Under the pieces are notes generated by a model. That model was not told where the DNA came from. It did no database searches and saw only the letters and a program-made list of their open reading frames with translations. A stretch of 64,000 nt of DNA from an uncultured bacterium (GTDB lineage: Bacteria; Verrucomicrobiota; Kiritimatiellia; RFP12; UBA1067). The DNA is taken from contig CACZCD010000001.1 in assembly GCA_902779565.1 (NCBI GenBank), positions 3,929 through 67,928 on the forward strand, written 5' to 3'. Both the position numbers and the translations under genes were made by a program. This document shows, piece by piece, positions 1-8,850 of the stretch (the first letter of the stretch is position 1; each line of letters starts with the position of its first letter).

Positions 1-838
1 CCAAGATGGCGGCCTTCACCTCATGCCCGATGGCGTGTCCCTGCGAGATGGTGAGGTCGCGCGCCACCTGCACATGAAGATCGGATTGCATCGAGCCGCC
101 ATAGCGGCGGATACGCACCTTGTGCACCCTACGCACGCCGGGCACGGCACAGGCGATACGCTCCACCTCCTTCGCCACCGCCCCGCAGTTGGCATCCGTC
201 AACGCCTGAAACGCCGGCTTCGCGATTTCGAACGCCACACGCAGGATGAACACGCCCACCAATATCGCGCCGGCGGCATCCAGCCACTTGAGCGACGGGA
301 AGAAATGGGCGACGGCGACGGCGATCGCAACGGGGATGGAGCTGATGGCGTCGGACCGGTGATGCCAGGCGTTCGCCTCTGTCGCCGGCGAATTGAACCG
401 CTTCGCCACGGCATGCGTCCAGCGGTAGAGCGCCTCCTTCGCCACGACCGAAAGGAGCGCCACAAAGAACGCCATCGCGTCCGGCACCGAACCGCCGCCC
501 TGCAACAGCGCGCAAAGCCCCTTCCAGCCGATCTCCAACGCGACGCCCGCCACCATCAGGGCGATGAAGCCTGTAACGACCGCTTCAATCTTGCCGTGTC
601 CGTAGGGATGGTCCTCGTCCGCCGGCGAGACCCAGAACTTCACGCCGAGAACGAGCGCCGCATCTGTGATGAGGTCGGAGAGCGAATGGATGGCATCCGC
701 CAGAAGCGCCTGCGACGCAAACGCCAAGCCACCGGCAAACTTCACGCCCGCGATCAGCAGGTTCACCGCCGCGCCGGCATACGTCACGCGGCGCACAGCG
801 GCGACCGAAGCCGCCCGGCTCTCCTCATCGTCGCTCAT
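1..838 (-). CDS. Cation diffusion facilitator (CDF) family metal efflux transporter; C-terminus cut by the window edge
   Basis: Absent from the ORF track because it runs off the window edge. The reverse complement from 838 reads MSDDEESRAASVAAVRRVTYAGAAVNLLIAGVKFAGGLAFASQALLADAIHSLSDLITD...DHPYGHGKIE...NAWHHRSDAISS, the typical CDF TM2/TM5 metal-site pattern. ATG at 838 overlaps the folP stop (ATGA). Confidence 0.85.
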   Translation of the reverse strand, partial: MSDDEESRAASVAAVRRVTYAGAAVNLLIAGVKFAGGLAFASQALLADAIHSLSDLITDAALVLGVKFWVSPADEDHPYGHGKIEAVVTGFIALMVAGVALEIGWKGLCALLQGGGSVPDAMAFFVALLSVVAKEALYRWTHAVAKRFNSPATEANAWHHRSDAISSIPVAIAVAVAHFFPSLKWLDAAGAILVGVFILRVAFEIAKPAFQALTDANCGAVAKEVERIACAVPGVRRVHKVRIRRYGGSMQSDLHVQVARDLTISQGHAIGHEVKAAIL

Positions 839-1587
839 GACAGGTTCCCGCTGTCGCCGTCCGCGCCGCGAATCGTCTCCATCACCTTGATCGCCTGAAC
901 GGTCTCGCGCACGTCATGCACGCGGACGACGGCAGCCCCGTTCAGCGCACACCACACGGCGATGCCGAGATTGCCGCCGAGGTTCTTGCCCGTCACCTTC
1001 TCGCCGGTAAGCTTCTTCACGATGCGCTTCCGGCTCGCCCCCACCAGCACGCGCCCCTTCTTCGCCAGATCGGGGATGGCTCGCAGCAGCGCAAGATCCT
1101 CCTCGCGCGTGGTGCCGAAGCCGATCATCGGATCGAAGTAGATGCGCGACCGAAGCGCCGGATCGTCCGCCACCTGATCCCAGCAACCGGCCGGCATCAC
1201 AAGCTCCATCTGCGGAAACTCCCGCAGAAGTGCCAGCATCGCCGGAATGGGTTCGGCATAGACGCAGTTGAGGATCGTCGCACCCAATCCGATGGACTGC
1301 CGCGCCGTCTCGGGATGATAAGTGTCGATGGAGATCGGGGGTTGAGGGCGGTGGCGGGCGGGAGTGGCGAAAAAGCCCTCAAGAACCGGTTCAAGACGAG
1401 ACCACTCCTGTTCCCACGTAAGCGGCGTTGCGCCGGGGCGCGTGGACTCCGCGCCGAAGTCGATGATCGCCGCGCCTTCCTCGATAAGATTGCGCGCACG
1501 GCGGACGGCTTCTTCGGGACGAAAATACTGGCCACCGTCCGAAAACGAATCGGGCGTGACGTTGACAATCCCCATGACCTGCGTCAT
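835..1587 (-). CDS. folP: Dihydropteroate synthase
   Basis: 250 aa. N-terminal MGIVNVTPDSFSDGG pterin-binding signature, with family-typical similarity along the full length. ATG at 1587 overlaps the upstream stop. Confidence 0.95.
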   Translation of the reverse strand: MTQVMGIVNVTPDSFSDGGQYFRPEEAVRRARNLIEEGAAIIDFGAESTRPGATPLTWEQEWSRLEPVLEGFFATPARHRPQPPISIDTYHPETARQSIGLGATILNCVYAEPIPAMLALLREFPQMELVMPAGCWDQVADDPALRSRIYFDPMIGFGTTREEDLALLRAIPDLAKKGRVLVGASRKRIVKKLTGEKVTGKNLGGNLGIAVWCALNGAAVVRVHDVRETVQAIKVMETIRGADGDSGNLS

Positions 1588-2831
1588 TTCTTCACCTTCT
1601 TCCGGATGGCCACGAACTGTCCGGGATCCTTCGCCCGCGCGACGATATGTTCCGCATAGGTCTCGCTGTAGCTCTTGCCGTCCACCATCTCGTCGCTACG
1701 CCCGTTGTAGCGCTTCAGCGCCGTCTGCCAATCATCGAATGTACCGGAGGGACGCTTTGACGCCGGCTGGCCGCTCGCGCCAAAACCCTTGCGCGTCAGG
1801 AACCGGATGGCCGCGCGGATATTCTGCTCCGCCGTTCCTTCATTTCGCTTCGAGGGTTTCGTGAGACCCAGCGAAGACTTCGCATCGCTCCAATCTCCCG
1901 GCACATTGACCTGCTGCGGATCCACATCCCACGCCGCCAACGAACGGGTGTCGCGCCCCCCCGTCTCCTCGATCATGTGCGACTTGACGAGCGCCGAGGT
2001 CAACGCGGGAATCTTCTTCCCCTGCGCAGGGGTCGCGCCGGCCCAGTCCGTGCGATTGCGGTTGAACTCGTCCACGCACCGCACGATGAGCGCATCATGC
2101 TCCTGATAGCGGTCATCCTCAAATCCCCGGAAGATCGGTACGCGCCGCACGCGCCATTCGGCGGCGCGATCCACGATGGCGCCCGGCGGCGTGGGCGCAG
2201 TCTCTGTCTCGCCCGTGCGATGTGCCGGTGGGGTCACGCGTCCCGCGTGACCGCCGGGCGGTGTCTTGCCGGTGGGCTGCCTTTTGCCGACGGGCGGCGC
2301 CTTTCCGGCGTTGGCCGCCATCCACCGCTTGTGGAAACGGCGGTAGAGGGCTTCGACCTTCTGAAGCGCGGGGCGCTCCTCCTTCTTCACGAACCGGTCG
2401 TCGAAGTAGAGATAGCCATACTTGTCGAATGCGAACCGGTTGTTCATCACATTGATCTCGAACGCGACGCCAGCCTTGGACATCGGCTCCTCCTCGATGC
2501 CCTGCGCCTTCAGCTTCGCCAAATAGACCGCACGGCGCTCCCCTGATTTCTGGATCACCTGCATCACCTCGGTGAACGCCTGTGCAATCTCCAACCATTC
2601 AGCCGGTGCAATCTGCAGCGAGGTCGCCGGCAACCCCTTCAACCCTTCCCCCATGGGCTGGAAGTTGACGGCCGCATTCATCAACGCGCCCAGGACATCC
2701 TGCGGCACGGACGGCGCCGGCGCACGTGCTGGTTTCGGGGCGGTGCCTTGCGGTGCCGCCTCAGCGCAGAACGTCAGGACGACCAAAGTGGTCGCCAGCC
2801 CAAAACAGAACTTGGAAAGATTGTTTGCCAT
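1584..2831 (-). CDS. Secreted protein with a possible C-terminal lysozyme-like/lytic-transglycosylase-like domain
   Basis: 415 aa with a hydrophobic signal-like N-terminus (FGLATTLVVLTFCAEA). The C-terminal part (SHMIEETGG...DPQQVNVPGDW...IRAAIRFL) loosely resembles SLT/lysozyme-like folds, so the function is tentative. Confidence 0.6.
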   Translation of the reverse strand: MANNLSKFCFGLATTLVVLTFCAEAAPQGTAPKPARAPAPSVPQDVLGALMNAAVNFQPMGEGLKGLPATSLQIAPAEWLEIAQAFTEVMQVIQKSGERRAVYLAKLKAQGIEEEPMSKAGVAFEINVMNNRFAFDKYGYLYFDDRFVKKEERPALQKVEALYRRFHKRWMAANAGKAPPVGKRQPTGKTPPGGHAGRVTPPAHRTGETETAPTPPGAIVDRAAEWRVRRVPIFRGFEDDRYQEHDALIVRCVDEFNRNRTDWAGATPAQGKKIPALTSALVKSHMIEETGGRDTRSLAAWDVDPQQVNVPGDWSDAKSSLGLTKPSKRNEGTAEQNIRAAIRFLTRKGFGASGQPASKRPSGTFDDWQTALKRYNGRSDEMVDGKSYSETYAEHIVARAKDPGQFVAIRKKVKK

Positions 2832-2840
2832 ACGCCGCTG

Positions 2841-2849
2841 ATTATATCA
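2841..2849 (-). promoter_or_regulatory. Extended -10 element TGATATAAT, 9 nt upstream of the ATG at 2831
   Basis: The minus strand reads TGATATAAT-CAGCGGCGT-ATG with no Shine-Dalgarno in between. It lies inside the 3' end of the upstream gene. Confidence 0.45.
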
Positions 2850-2858
2850 CATGTTCGG

Positions 2859-4589
2859 TCATTTCAACCGGCCGATGAACGAAATCCGGCCGGCGCCCGT
2901 TGGCTTCTCGTAGGCGAGCGGATAGTTGGCGAGCGCCGCCAGCGGCGAGGCGGCCGAGGTGAGGGAGGGCTGACCCGTTGCATCCTTCTGGAAAGCCTTC
3001 GCATATTCCGCCAGCACCAGATAGTCCGTCGCCATGCCGTTCTCAATCTTCTTCGTGCTGCGGAACATCGCGAACCCATCGCCGCCATCCACAAGTGTAA
3101 AGCCATTCCCGACAACACGATAGACGCCGTGCGGATCAAGCGGAACGAACTTCCCCTCCTTGCGGTCGTAAACCTGCACGTTCTTGACGCGATAGACGCC
3201 GTTCGACGGTCCAGCCACCCATGCACCCGTCGCATCCACCTGTATGGCGGACTTCACCGTCACGTCCACCGCATACTTGAGACCGGCGACCTGAAGAAAT
3301 CCGCCGAACTCCGCCTCGCCCCCAACCTGCGCACCGAACTCAAGCGCGTCGAGAATCTGCCGCCCGTTCGCCTCCACCACGCCGATGTCCCCGCCGAACG
3401 GCTGCACTGTGCGGAGCGCCTTGAGCGTCACGTCGCCCGCTGGGATGTCCGCGCGCACGTTGCCGCCGTTCATGAGCGCACAGTCGCACGCGAAACCATA
3501 CCGCTCGTTCGCGCACCACCACGCGGCATCCGCCGCGAAATCACCCGCCGAGCAATCTTCCTTGCGCGCCAGACGGTCCGTCGTGCCCGGCACATAGGCG
3601 CAGAGCGCGGTGGGGGCGACCGCCACGCGCTTCCCCAGCTGACGCGCCACCTTGTCGGCCAGCTCCTGTTCGAGACGGGCCACCGCCGGCTTCTTCTCGC
3701 CGCGCGGATACACCGTACCGGCGGCGACGCACCGTCCATCCTCAAACGTCAACGAGCCCAAGATGCCGAGGTAGCTGCCACTCTGCGTGAGCACCACCTC
3801 TTGCCCCACCGCGTTACGCACGCGCATGCCGGTATACTCGGAATGCGAATGGCCATCGATGAACGCAACCACGTTCGTGGTGTGCGCAATCACGTCCAAT
3901 GACCGATAACCCGCACAGTCGGGCGACACGCCCATGTGACCGAGCAGGATCGTGTAGTCCGCGTGCGCGGCAGCTTCGTCCACGGCCTGCTGCACGGCGG
4001 CATAGAGCGCGTCGCCACGCTCTCCCGCAATGAAATCGTACGCGCGCCAACTCCCCGAGGGATCGAGGAAGGTTGACGGTTTCGCCGAGACGAGCGTGGT
4101 GGGCGTGGTGACGCCGACGAACGCCACGCGCACCGTCCCCGCCGTCACCACCACATACGACGGCAGCACGCGCGTCCCCGGATCGTCAGGTGCCTTTCGG
4201 TGGATGAAGTTGCAGCAGGTGTAGCGGAACGTCGCTCGACGGACATTGTCAAACATCGTCTGCATGCCATAGTCGAACTCGTGGTTGCCGAGCGTCGCCA
4301 CGTCGTAGCCGGCGGCGTTCATGATGCCGATCACGCTGCGGCCCGAATCGTATCCGCCGAGGGCGGTGCCCTGCACATGGTCGCCCGCATCCACCAGGAT
4401 CACATGTTCACCAGCCGCCTCAAGGCGATCCTTTTCCGCCGCAATCGCCGAGAACGCGACAAGCCCGTCGTCAATGTGGGAATGTGTGTCGTTCGTGTGC
4501 AGCACCGTCACACGCGCGGCTACAGCCGTGCACGACACAAGCATCGCCGCCACGACGATCATTCCATTCATTTTTCTTTCTTTCATCAT
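2859..4589 (-). CDS. Secreted 5'-nucleotidase / UshA-family bifunctional metallophosphatase
   Basis: LHTNDTHSH, DAGDHVQGT and GNHEFDYG metallophosphatase motifs plus a C-terminal 5'-nucleotidase domain. I place the start at ATG 4589 (MMKERKMNG..., signal peptide, AAGGAG 6 nt upstream). The ORF-track start at 4745 would translate the tandem repeats. Confidence 0.9.
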   Translation of the reverse strand: MMKERKMNGMIVVAAMLVSCTAVAARVTVLHTNDTHSHIDDGLVAFSAIAAEKDRLEAAGEHVILVDAGDHVQGTALGGYDSGRSVIGIMNAAGYDVATLGNHEFDYGMQTMFDNVRRATFRYTCCNFIHRKAPDDPGTRVLPSYVVVTAGTVRVAFVGVTTPTTLVSAKPSTFLDPSGSWRAYDFIAGERGDALYAAVQQAVDEAAAHADYTILLGHMGVSPDCAGYRSLDVIAHTTNVVAFIDGHSHSEYTGMRVRNAVGQEVVLTQSGSYLGILGSLTFEDGRCVAAGTVYPRGEKKPAVARLEQELADKVARQLGKRVAVAPTALCAYVPGTTDRLARKEDCSAGDFAADAAWWCANERYGFACDCALMNGGNVRADIPAGDVTLKALRTVQPFGGDIGVVEANGRQILDALEFGAQVGGEAEFGGFLQVAGLKYAVDVTVKSAIQVDATGAWVAGPSNGVYRVKNVQVYDRKEGKFVPLDPHGVYRVVGNGFTLVDGGDGFAMFRSTKKIENGMATDYLVLAEYAKAFQKDATGQPSLTSAASPLAALANYPLAYEKPTGAGRISFIGRLK

Positions 4590-4605
4590 AGTCTCCTTGA
4601 CGGTC

Positions 4606-4640
4606 AGTTGGTAGTTGATAGTTGGTGGTTGATTTGTCTC
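4606..4640 (-). repeat. Heptamer tandem repeat forming the 5' leader of the nucleotidase gene (mRNA sense ACCAACU/AUCAACU x4)
   Basis: The plus strand reads AGTTGGT AGTTGAT AGTTGGT GGTTGAT TTGTCTC. This is near-identical in architecture to 25361-25400, upstream of the esterase gene. Confidence 0.8.
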
Positions 4641-4705
4641 ACGCAGAGGCGCAGAGGACGCAGAGAGAAATTTCGGAGTTGTGACTCCGCTCAAAAAATA
4701 ACATG

Positions 4706-4777
4706 GATTCCACCTTTCCACTTTTCCACCTTTCCACCATTCCACCTTTCCACTTTTCCACCTTTCAACCTTTCAAC
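4706..4777. repeat. Nine exact-length 8-bp tandem units NNTTCMAC (minus-strand sense GTKGAANN)
   Basis: gaTTCCAC ctTTCCAC ttTTCCAC ctTTCCAC caTTCCAC ctTTCCAC ttTTCCAC ctTTCAAC ctTTCAAC. The U32 stop codon (4765-4767) lies inside unit 8. Confidence 0.9.
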
Positions 4778-6045
4778 TTTTGGATGAGGAACACCTTGTC
4801 GCCCACGCGGCAGCGCGGGGCCGGGAACGTCACCCACGTCCCCTTCTCGGCCACCTCCGGTACTTCCTCGTCGCGCCGGAGCGAAGCGATGCGAAACTCC
4901 TGTACGCCCGTTGTGGGACCTTGGATCTGGACGAGATCACCCACTTTTACGGCGGCATCCTGAATCTTCACCTGCGCAATCTCCGCCTTCAGGAAATAGT
5001 CGATCACGATGCCGACGTGGCGTTTCACCTCCTGCGCGGACGAATTGGGCGTATCAGTGAACTGGTCCACTCCCGGACGCCCAAAGTAGAGGCCGCGCGA
5101 ATATTCGCGATGGAAGAAACGCCGCGTCCGCGCGACCAGACGCTCCGCCTGCTCGGGCGTATACGTGCCGGCCAACACAGCATCCACCGCTTCGCGGTAA
5201 GCGCTCACCACTGTCATCACATATTCGGCGTTGCGGGCGCGTCCCTCGATCTTGAACGACGCGATGCCCGCCGCCATCAGCTGATCGATGAACGGCAGCG
5301 AACAGAGGTCCTTCGCCGAGAGCACGGTGTGGGGCGTCACAAAGAACTCCGTCTCCGAATCATGCACGGGCTGCCCCTCGCCATCCGAATAGAGATCAAC
5401 GGCCTTTAGAAGAAACGTGCGCCGGCAGGGCTGGCGACACTCGCCGCGGTTCGCGCTGCAGCCGTAGGCGTCGTGGCTCATCATGCAGCGTCCGCTCTCC
5501 GCCACGCATTGCGCGCCATGCACGAAGCACTCCACCTCCAGGCCGCCTGCCGCCACGATGCGCTTCACCTCGTCAAGCGTGCATTCGCGCGCCAGCACCA
5601 CGCGCGAAGCGCCCTGCTCCTTCACGAAGCGCACCGCCGCCGAATTCGAGATGCTCATCTGCGTGGAGACGTGAAACCGCACGCCGTGTTTTCGGCACAG
5701 CGCCACCACGCCCCAGTCCGCAACGATGAACGCATCCACATACGGCTTCGCCGCCATGATCATCCGCTCTACTTTCTCCGTCTCATCCTCAAACAGGATC
5801 GCGTTGAGCGTGAGATAACGCTTCACCCGCCGCGGTGCCGCTTCGCACCGCCGCTGGATCTCCGGCAGGTCTTCCACCGTGAAGTTCACGCCCGCGCGCT
5901 GGCGCATGTTGAATTCGTCCAAGCCGAAATAGACGGCGTCCGCCCCCGCATCAATTGCCGCCTGAAGGCAGGTCATGTCACCGGCCGGCGCCAAGATCTC
6001 AGGCGCCTTCAGGCCGCAACCAACATCGCGCACATCCTGCTGCAT
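4765..6045 (-). CDS. Peptidase U32 family protein (collagenase-like / RlhA-TrhP-UbiU-type)
   Basis: LAPAGD...AIDAGADAVYFG...HVSTQMS...VLARE...CFVHGAQC...CSANRGECRQPC, the typical U32 pattern. Start placed at ATG 6045 (MQQDV), just after the prfA stop. Confidence 0.88.
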   Translation of the reverse strand: MQQDVRDVGCGLKAPEILAPAGDMTCLQAAIDAGADAVYFGLDEFNMRQRAGVNFTVEDLPEIQRRCEAAPRRVKRYLTLNAILFEDETEKVERMIMAAKPYVDAFIVADWGVVALCRKHGVRFHVSTQMSISNSAAVRFVKEQGASRVVLARECTLDEVKRIVAAGGLEVECFVHGAQCVAESGRCMMSHDAYGCSANRGECRQPCRRTFLLKAVDLYSDGEGQPVHDSETEFFVTPHTVLSAKDLCSLPFIDQLMAAGIASFKIEGRARNAEYVMTVVSAYREAVDAVLAGTYTPEQAERLVARTRRFFHREYSRGLYFGRPGVDQFTDTPNSSAQEVKRHVGIVIDYFLKAEIAQVKIQDAAVKVGDLVQIQGPTTGVQEFRIASLRRDEEVPEVAEKGTWVTFPAPRCRVGDKVFLIQKLKG

Positions 6046-6061
6046 GGTTCCCGCCTGCGCG

Positions 6062-7150
6062 TCAGATCTTTCCCAGACCGGCGGCGATGCGCTCCGAGAG
6101 ATCCTTGTCACGAAGCGCGGTGAGAACCGGATCAAGTTCTCCCTCGATGATGCGGTCGAGCGAATAGAGAGTGAGATCCACGCGATGATCGGTCAACCGG
6201 TTCTGCGGGAAGTTATAGGTACGGATGCGCTCGGAGCGGTCGCCCGAACCGCGCAGCGTCAGACGCGACGCGCCCAGCTTCGCCTCTTCCTCGCGCCGCT
6301 TGAAGTCGAGGATGCGCGCCTTGAGGGTGGCCAGACACTTCTCGCGGTTTCGGATCTGCGAGCGTTCATCCTGACACTGCGCCACGAGTCCCGTGGGAAG
6401 ATGCGTCATGCGGACGGCGGACTCCGTCTTGTTTACGTGCTGACCGCCCGCGCCGCCCGCACAGAAGAGGTCGATGCGCAGATCCTTCTCGGGAATCTCC
6501 AGCTCATCCTCCTCGTCCGCCTCCGGGAACACCACCACCGTCGCCGCGCTCGTGTGGATGCGTCCCTGCGCCTCCGTCTCAGGCACGCGCTGGACGCGGT
6601 GTCCGCCGCTCTCGAAACGGAAGAGCCCGTAGGCCCCCTCACCCTCAACGGTGAAGATGACCTCCTTGTAGCCATCAAGAGAAGTCTGGTTTTCGGACAT
6701 CACGCGGATGCGCCAGCCCCTCGCCTCGCAGTAGCGCGAATACATGCGGAACAGGTCGCCCGCGAACAGCGCGGCCTCCTCGCCGCCGGTGCCGGCGCGG
6801 ATCTCGAAGCAGGCGTTGCGCGCCTCGAGCGGATCGGGCGGCAGAAGTCCCGCCAGCACCTCACGCTCGGCATCCGGGATGCCCGACGAAAGCAACTCGA
6901 CCTCCTTCGTCGCCTCGGCCGCCAATTCGGGATCCAAAGAGGCGTCGGACAGCATCGCCTTGGCGCCGTCGATGTCGTCCAACAGCTTGAAGTAGCGCTT
7001 CGCCGCCGCTTCGAGCTTCTTGAGGGCCGTGTGTTCGCGCACCGTCTCGCGGTAGCGCTTCACGTCCGCAATAACGGAAGAATCGCCCATCGCGGCTTCC
7101 ACCGCAGAGAGGCGATCCAACACTTTTCCGATCTGGGCTTTCTCGATCAA
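6062..7150 (-). CDS. prfA: Peptide chain release factor 1
   Basis: GGQHVNKTESAVR (GGQ motif), RVPETEAQGRIHTS (RF1-type tripeptide region) and AGTGGEEAALFAGDLFRMY. The start codon appears to be TTG at 7150, overlapping the rpmE stop (TTGA). Confidence 0.95.
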   Translation of the reverse strand: MIEKAQIGKVLDRLSAVEAAMGDSSVIADVKRYRETVREHTALKKLEAAAKRYFKLLDDIDGAKAMLSDASLDPELAAEATKEVELLSSGIPDAEREVLAGLLPPDPLEARNACFEIRAGTGGEEAALFAGDLFRMYSRYCEARGWRIRVMSENQTSLDGYKEVIFTVEGEGAYGLFRFESGGHRVQRVPETEAQGRIHTSAATVVVFPEADEEDELEIPEKDLRIDLFCAGGAGGQHVNKTESAVRMTHLPTGLVAQCQDERSQIRNREKCLATLKARILDFKRREEEAKLGASRLTLRGSGDRSERIRTYNFPQNRLTDHRVDLTLYSLDRIIEGELDPVLTALRDKDLSERIAAGLGKI

Positions 7151-7359
7151 GCCTTTTTCTGGAATTTCGCGTAGCGCTTCTTGAACGAGTCAACGCGGCC
7201 TTCCGTGTCAACCATCGTCTTCTGCCCCGTGAAGTAGGGGTGGCACGCGGAGCAGGTGTTCACCTGCATCTCCTTCTTGGTGGAACGCGTCTTGATGACA
7301 TTGCCGCACGCGCACGTAATCGTCGCGTCTTCGTAGGTAGGATGGATTCCTTCTTTCAT
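7147..7359 (-). CDS. rpmE: 50S ribosomal protein L31 (Zn-ribbon type)
   Basis: MKEGIHPTYEDATITCACGN...CSACHPYFTGQ. ATG at 7359 with AGAAGAAAG upstream. Confidence 0.95.
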   Translation of the reverse strand: MKEGIHPTYEDATITCACGNVIKTRSTKKEMQVNTCSACHPYFTGQKTMVDTEGRVDSFKKRYAKFQKKA

Positions 7360-7391
7360 CTTTCTTCTCTGCCTTTCAAAAAAGTGTGCGT

Positions 7392-7420
7392 ATGATACCA
7401 TTTTGCCGCCCTCCGCGCAA
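7392..7420 (-). promoter_or_regulatory. Putative rpmE promoter: TTGCGC-N17-TATCAT with a TGG extended -10
   Basis: The minus strand reads TTGCGC ggagggcggcaaaaTGG TATCAT, 32 nt upstream of the ATG. The -35 ends 8 bp from the boundary of repeat array C. Confidence 0.5.
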
Positions 7421-7427
7421 GAGGGTG

Positions 7428-7652
7428 CGCGGGAAAGGCGCTTGTGCTTGTGTTTGTTGCCAGTCCGTGGCCGCGTCCGTTGTAGCCCGTTGCCTGTCCG
7501 TTAGGCGTCCGTATTAGCCCGTGTGAAGTCCGTAATCTGCCTGAAGCCTGTCCATGATATGTCCGTGGGTAGTCCGTGGTGTGTCCGTCTATGGGAGGGC
7601 GAGTGTCCTCGTGAAACGCCTCAAGTCCGTAATGCGTCCTTCTCGTATCCGT
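7428..7652. repeat. Array C: GTCCGT (complement of ACGGAC) hexamers at about an 11-bp period, plus a terminal block that is an inverted copy of 23224-23287
   Basis: Cores start at 7463, 7475, 7485, 7496, 7507, 7517, 7528, 7539, 7550, 7561, 7572, 7583, 7605, 7625, 7636 and 7647, with degenerate positions at 7594 and 7616. Segment 7428-7490 equals the reverse complement of 23224-23287 except for one T indel. Confidence 0.9.
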
Positions 7653-7660
7653 GTGAAGAA

Positions 7661-7697
7661 ATGCGAAAAGGCGGGCGGCCCGAAGACCGCCCGCCGC
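7661..7697 (-). terminator. Rho-independent terminator of the HU-like gene cluster
   Basis: The minus strand reads GGCGGGCGG-tcttcggg-CCGCCCGCC followed by TTTTCGCATTT, about 70 nt downstream of the stop at 7766. Confidence 0.7.
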
Positions 7698-7765
7698 CAC
7701 GGAGGGTGCGCGCGTCCACGAATGCAATCCGCTACGCAATCGCGCGCCTCCGTCTTTCTCCGCCC

Positions 7766-8833
7766 TTATATCGAGACGACAGTCACCGTCACCGGCGAAG
7801 AGGTGTGATCCGCACCGCCGCTGTGGCGCGTCACCGTGACCGAAACCTCGGAATTGTCCAGTACATCGTCGAGTCCGGTGGGCCACTCGGACTTCAAGTA
7901 CACATCGGTCATCTCGTGTACGCTTCCCCAGACCTCCGCACCGTCCTCGCGGGTGAATTTCACCGACAACTCTGAGCCGTCATACCCGAAGTTGCGCCCA
8001 GAGATCATGACTTCCTCTCCCTTGATGAGCTGCCCCGGTATGGCACCCGCAGCCGTAGAGACGATTGAGGTCACCACCGGTGTCAGATCCGGTCCGGGCG
8101 GGATCGCCGCCGCCTTGACCGTGACCTTGTGCAGAGCCGTGACGAGCGGAGCCGTGGGGTCGAGACCGTGCGAGACGAGCCGCACGTAGTATGTCCCCGC
8201 CGATACCGCCGAGGCGAGCGTGCAGATGATCCGCTGGCCGTCCTCGGTGGAGACCACCGTGATGTCTGCGACCTTGGTCAGTCCGTCCGCCGCAACGAGC
8301 GCAAGGGATTCGTCCTCGCCGTCCGGCACCGTGAGATCGATGCCCGCAATGCGGAACTCCTTCAGTCCGTCGATCAGGCGGTAGGTCTCGGACGCGAGAT
8401 CCATGACAGAACTGATCTTCACGTTGCCGTTCACCGCTTCCACCCCGAGGCTTGTCGGTGCTATGCCGGACACCGCATCGCGGATGTCCTGTGAGAGCGT
8501 CGCGCCGATGTAGAGCGTGTTGCGCGGGGCGCGGAACTCGTCGTCCTCGCTGTCGAACGCCCCGCCAATCATCGGATAGAGCGACACCGCGCCCATGTTG
8601 ATGCGTACGACATCGTCCGCGATCTTCTCGGCGGCAAACTCATAGAACGCGTTCAGGAAGTACTGCGCCGTAGCGCGGGTCATGAACGTGCCCCTGTCGA
8701 GCATCCGCTGGAGGATGTTGTCGTAGGCGAGCGAGCCAATCGGAACGGCCACGCCAAGATACGGAGCCTTCGCCGCCGTCGAAGTGCCGTTACGCACGAG
8801 ACGGTAGCCGACTTTCATTGTCTTCGTTGACAT
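7766..8833 (-). CDS. HU-like DNA-binding domain protein with C-terminal Ig-like (DUF4469-type) repeats
   Basis: 355 aa. The N-terminal about 100 aa (KVGYRLVRNG...YLGVAVPIGSLAYDNILQRM...VRINMGAVSLYPMIGGAF) follows the Bacteroidota-type HU/DUF4469 pattern. It is a paralog of the next gene. Confidence 0.7.
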   Translation of the reverse strand: MSTKTMKVGYRLVRNGTSTAAKAPYLGVAVPIGSLAYDNILQRMLDRGTFMTRATAQYFLNAFYEFAAEKIADDVVRINMGAVSLYPMIGGAFDSEDDEFRAPRNTLYIGATLSQDIRDAVSGIAPTSLGVEAVNGNVKISSVMDLASETYRLIDGLKEFRIAGIDLTVPDGEDESLALVAADGLTKVADITVVSTEDGQRIICTLASAVSAGTYYVRLVSHGLDPTAPLVTALHKVTVKAAAIPPGPDLTPVVTSIVSTAAGAIPGQLIKGEEVMISGRNFGYDGSELSVKFTREDGAEVWGSVHEMTDVYLKSEWPTGLDDVLDNSEVSVTVTRHSGGADHTSSPVTVTVVSI

Positions 8834-8850
8834 GATGTTTATCCTTTCTT

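Noticed and set aside
4590-4745. N-terminal extension of the 5'-nucleotidase ORF (start at 4745).
   Set aside because: The extension (MEWWKGGKVERW…) translates the octamer and heptamer repeats. ATG 4589 has a proper RBS and yields a normal signal peptide.
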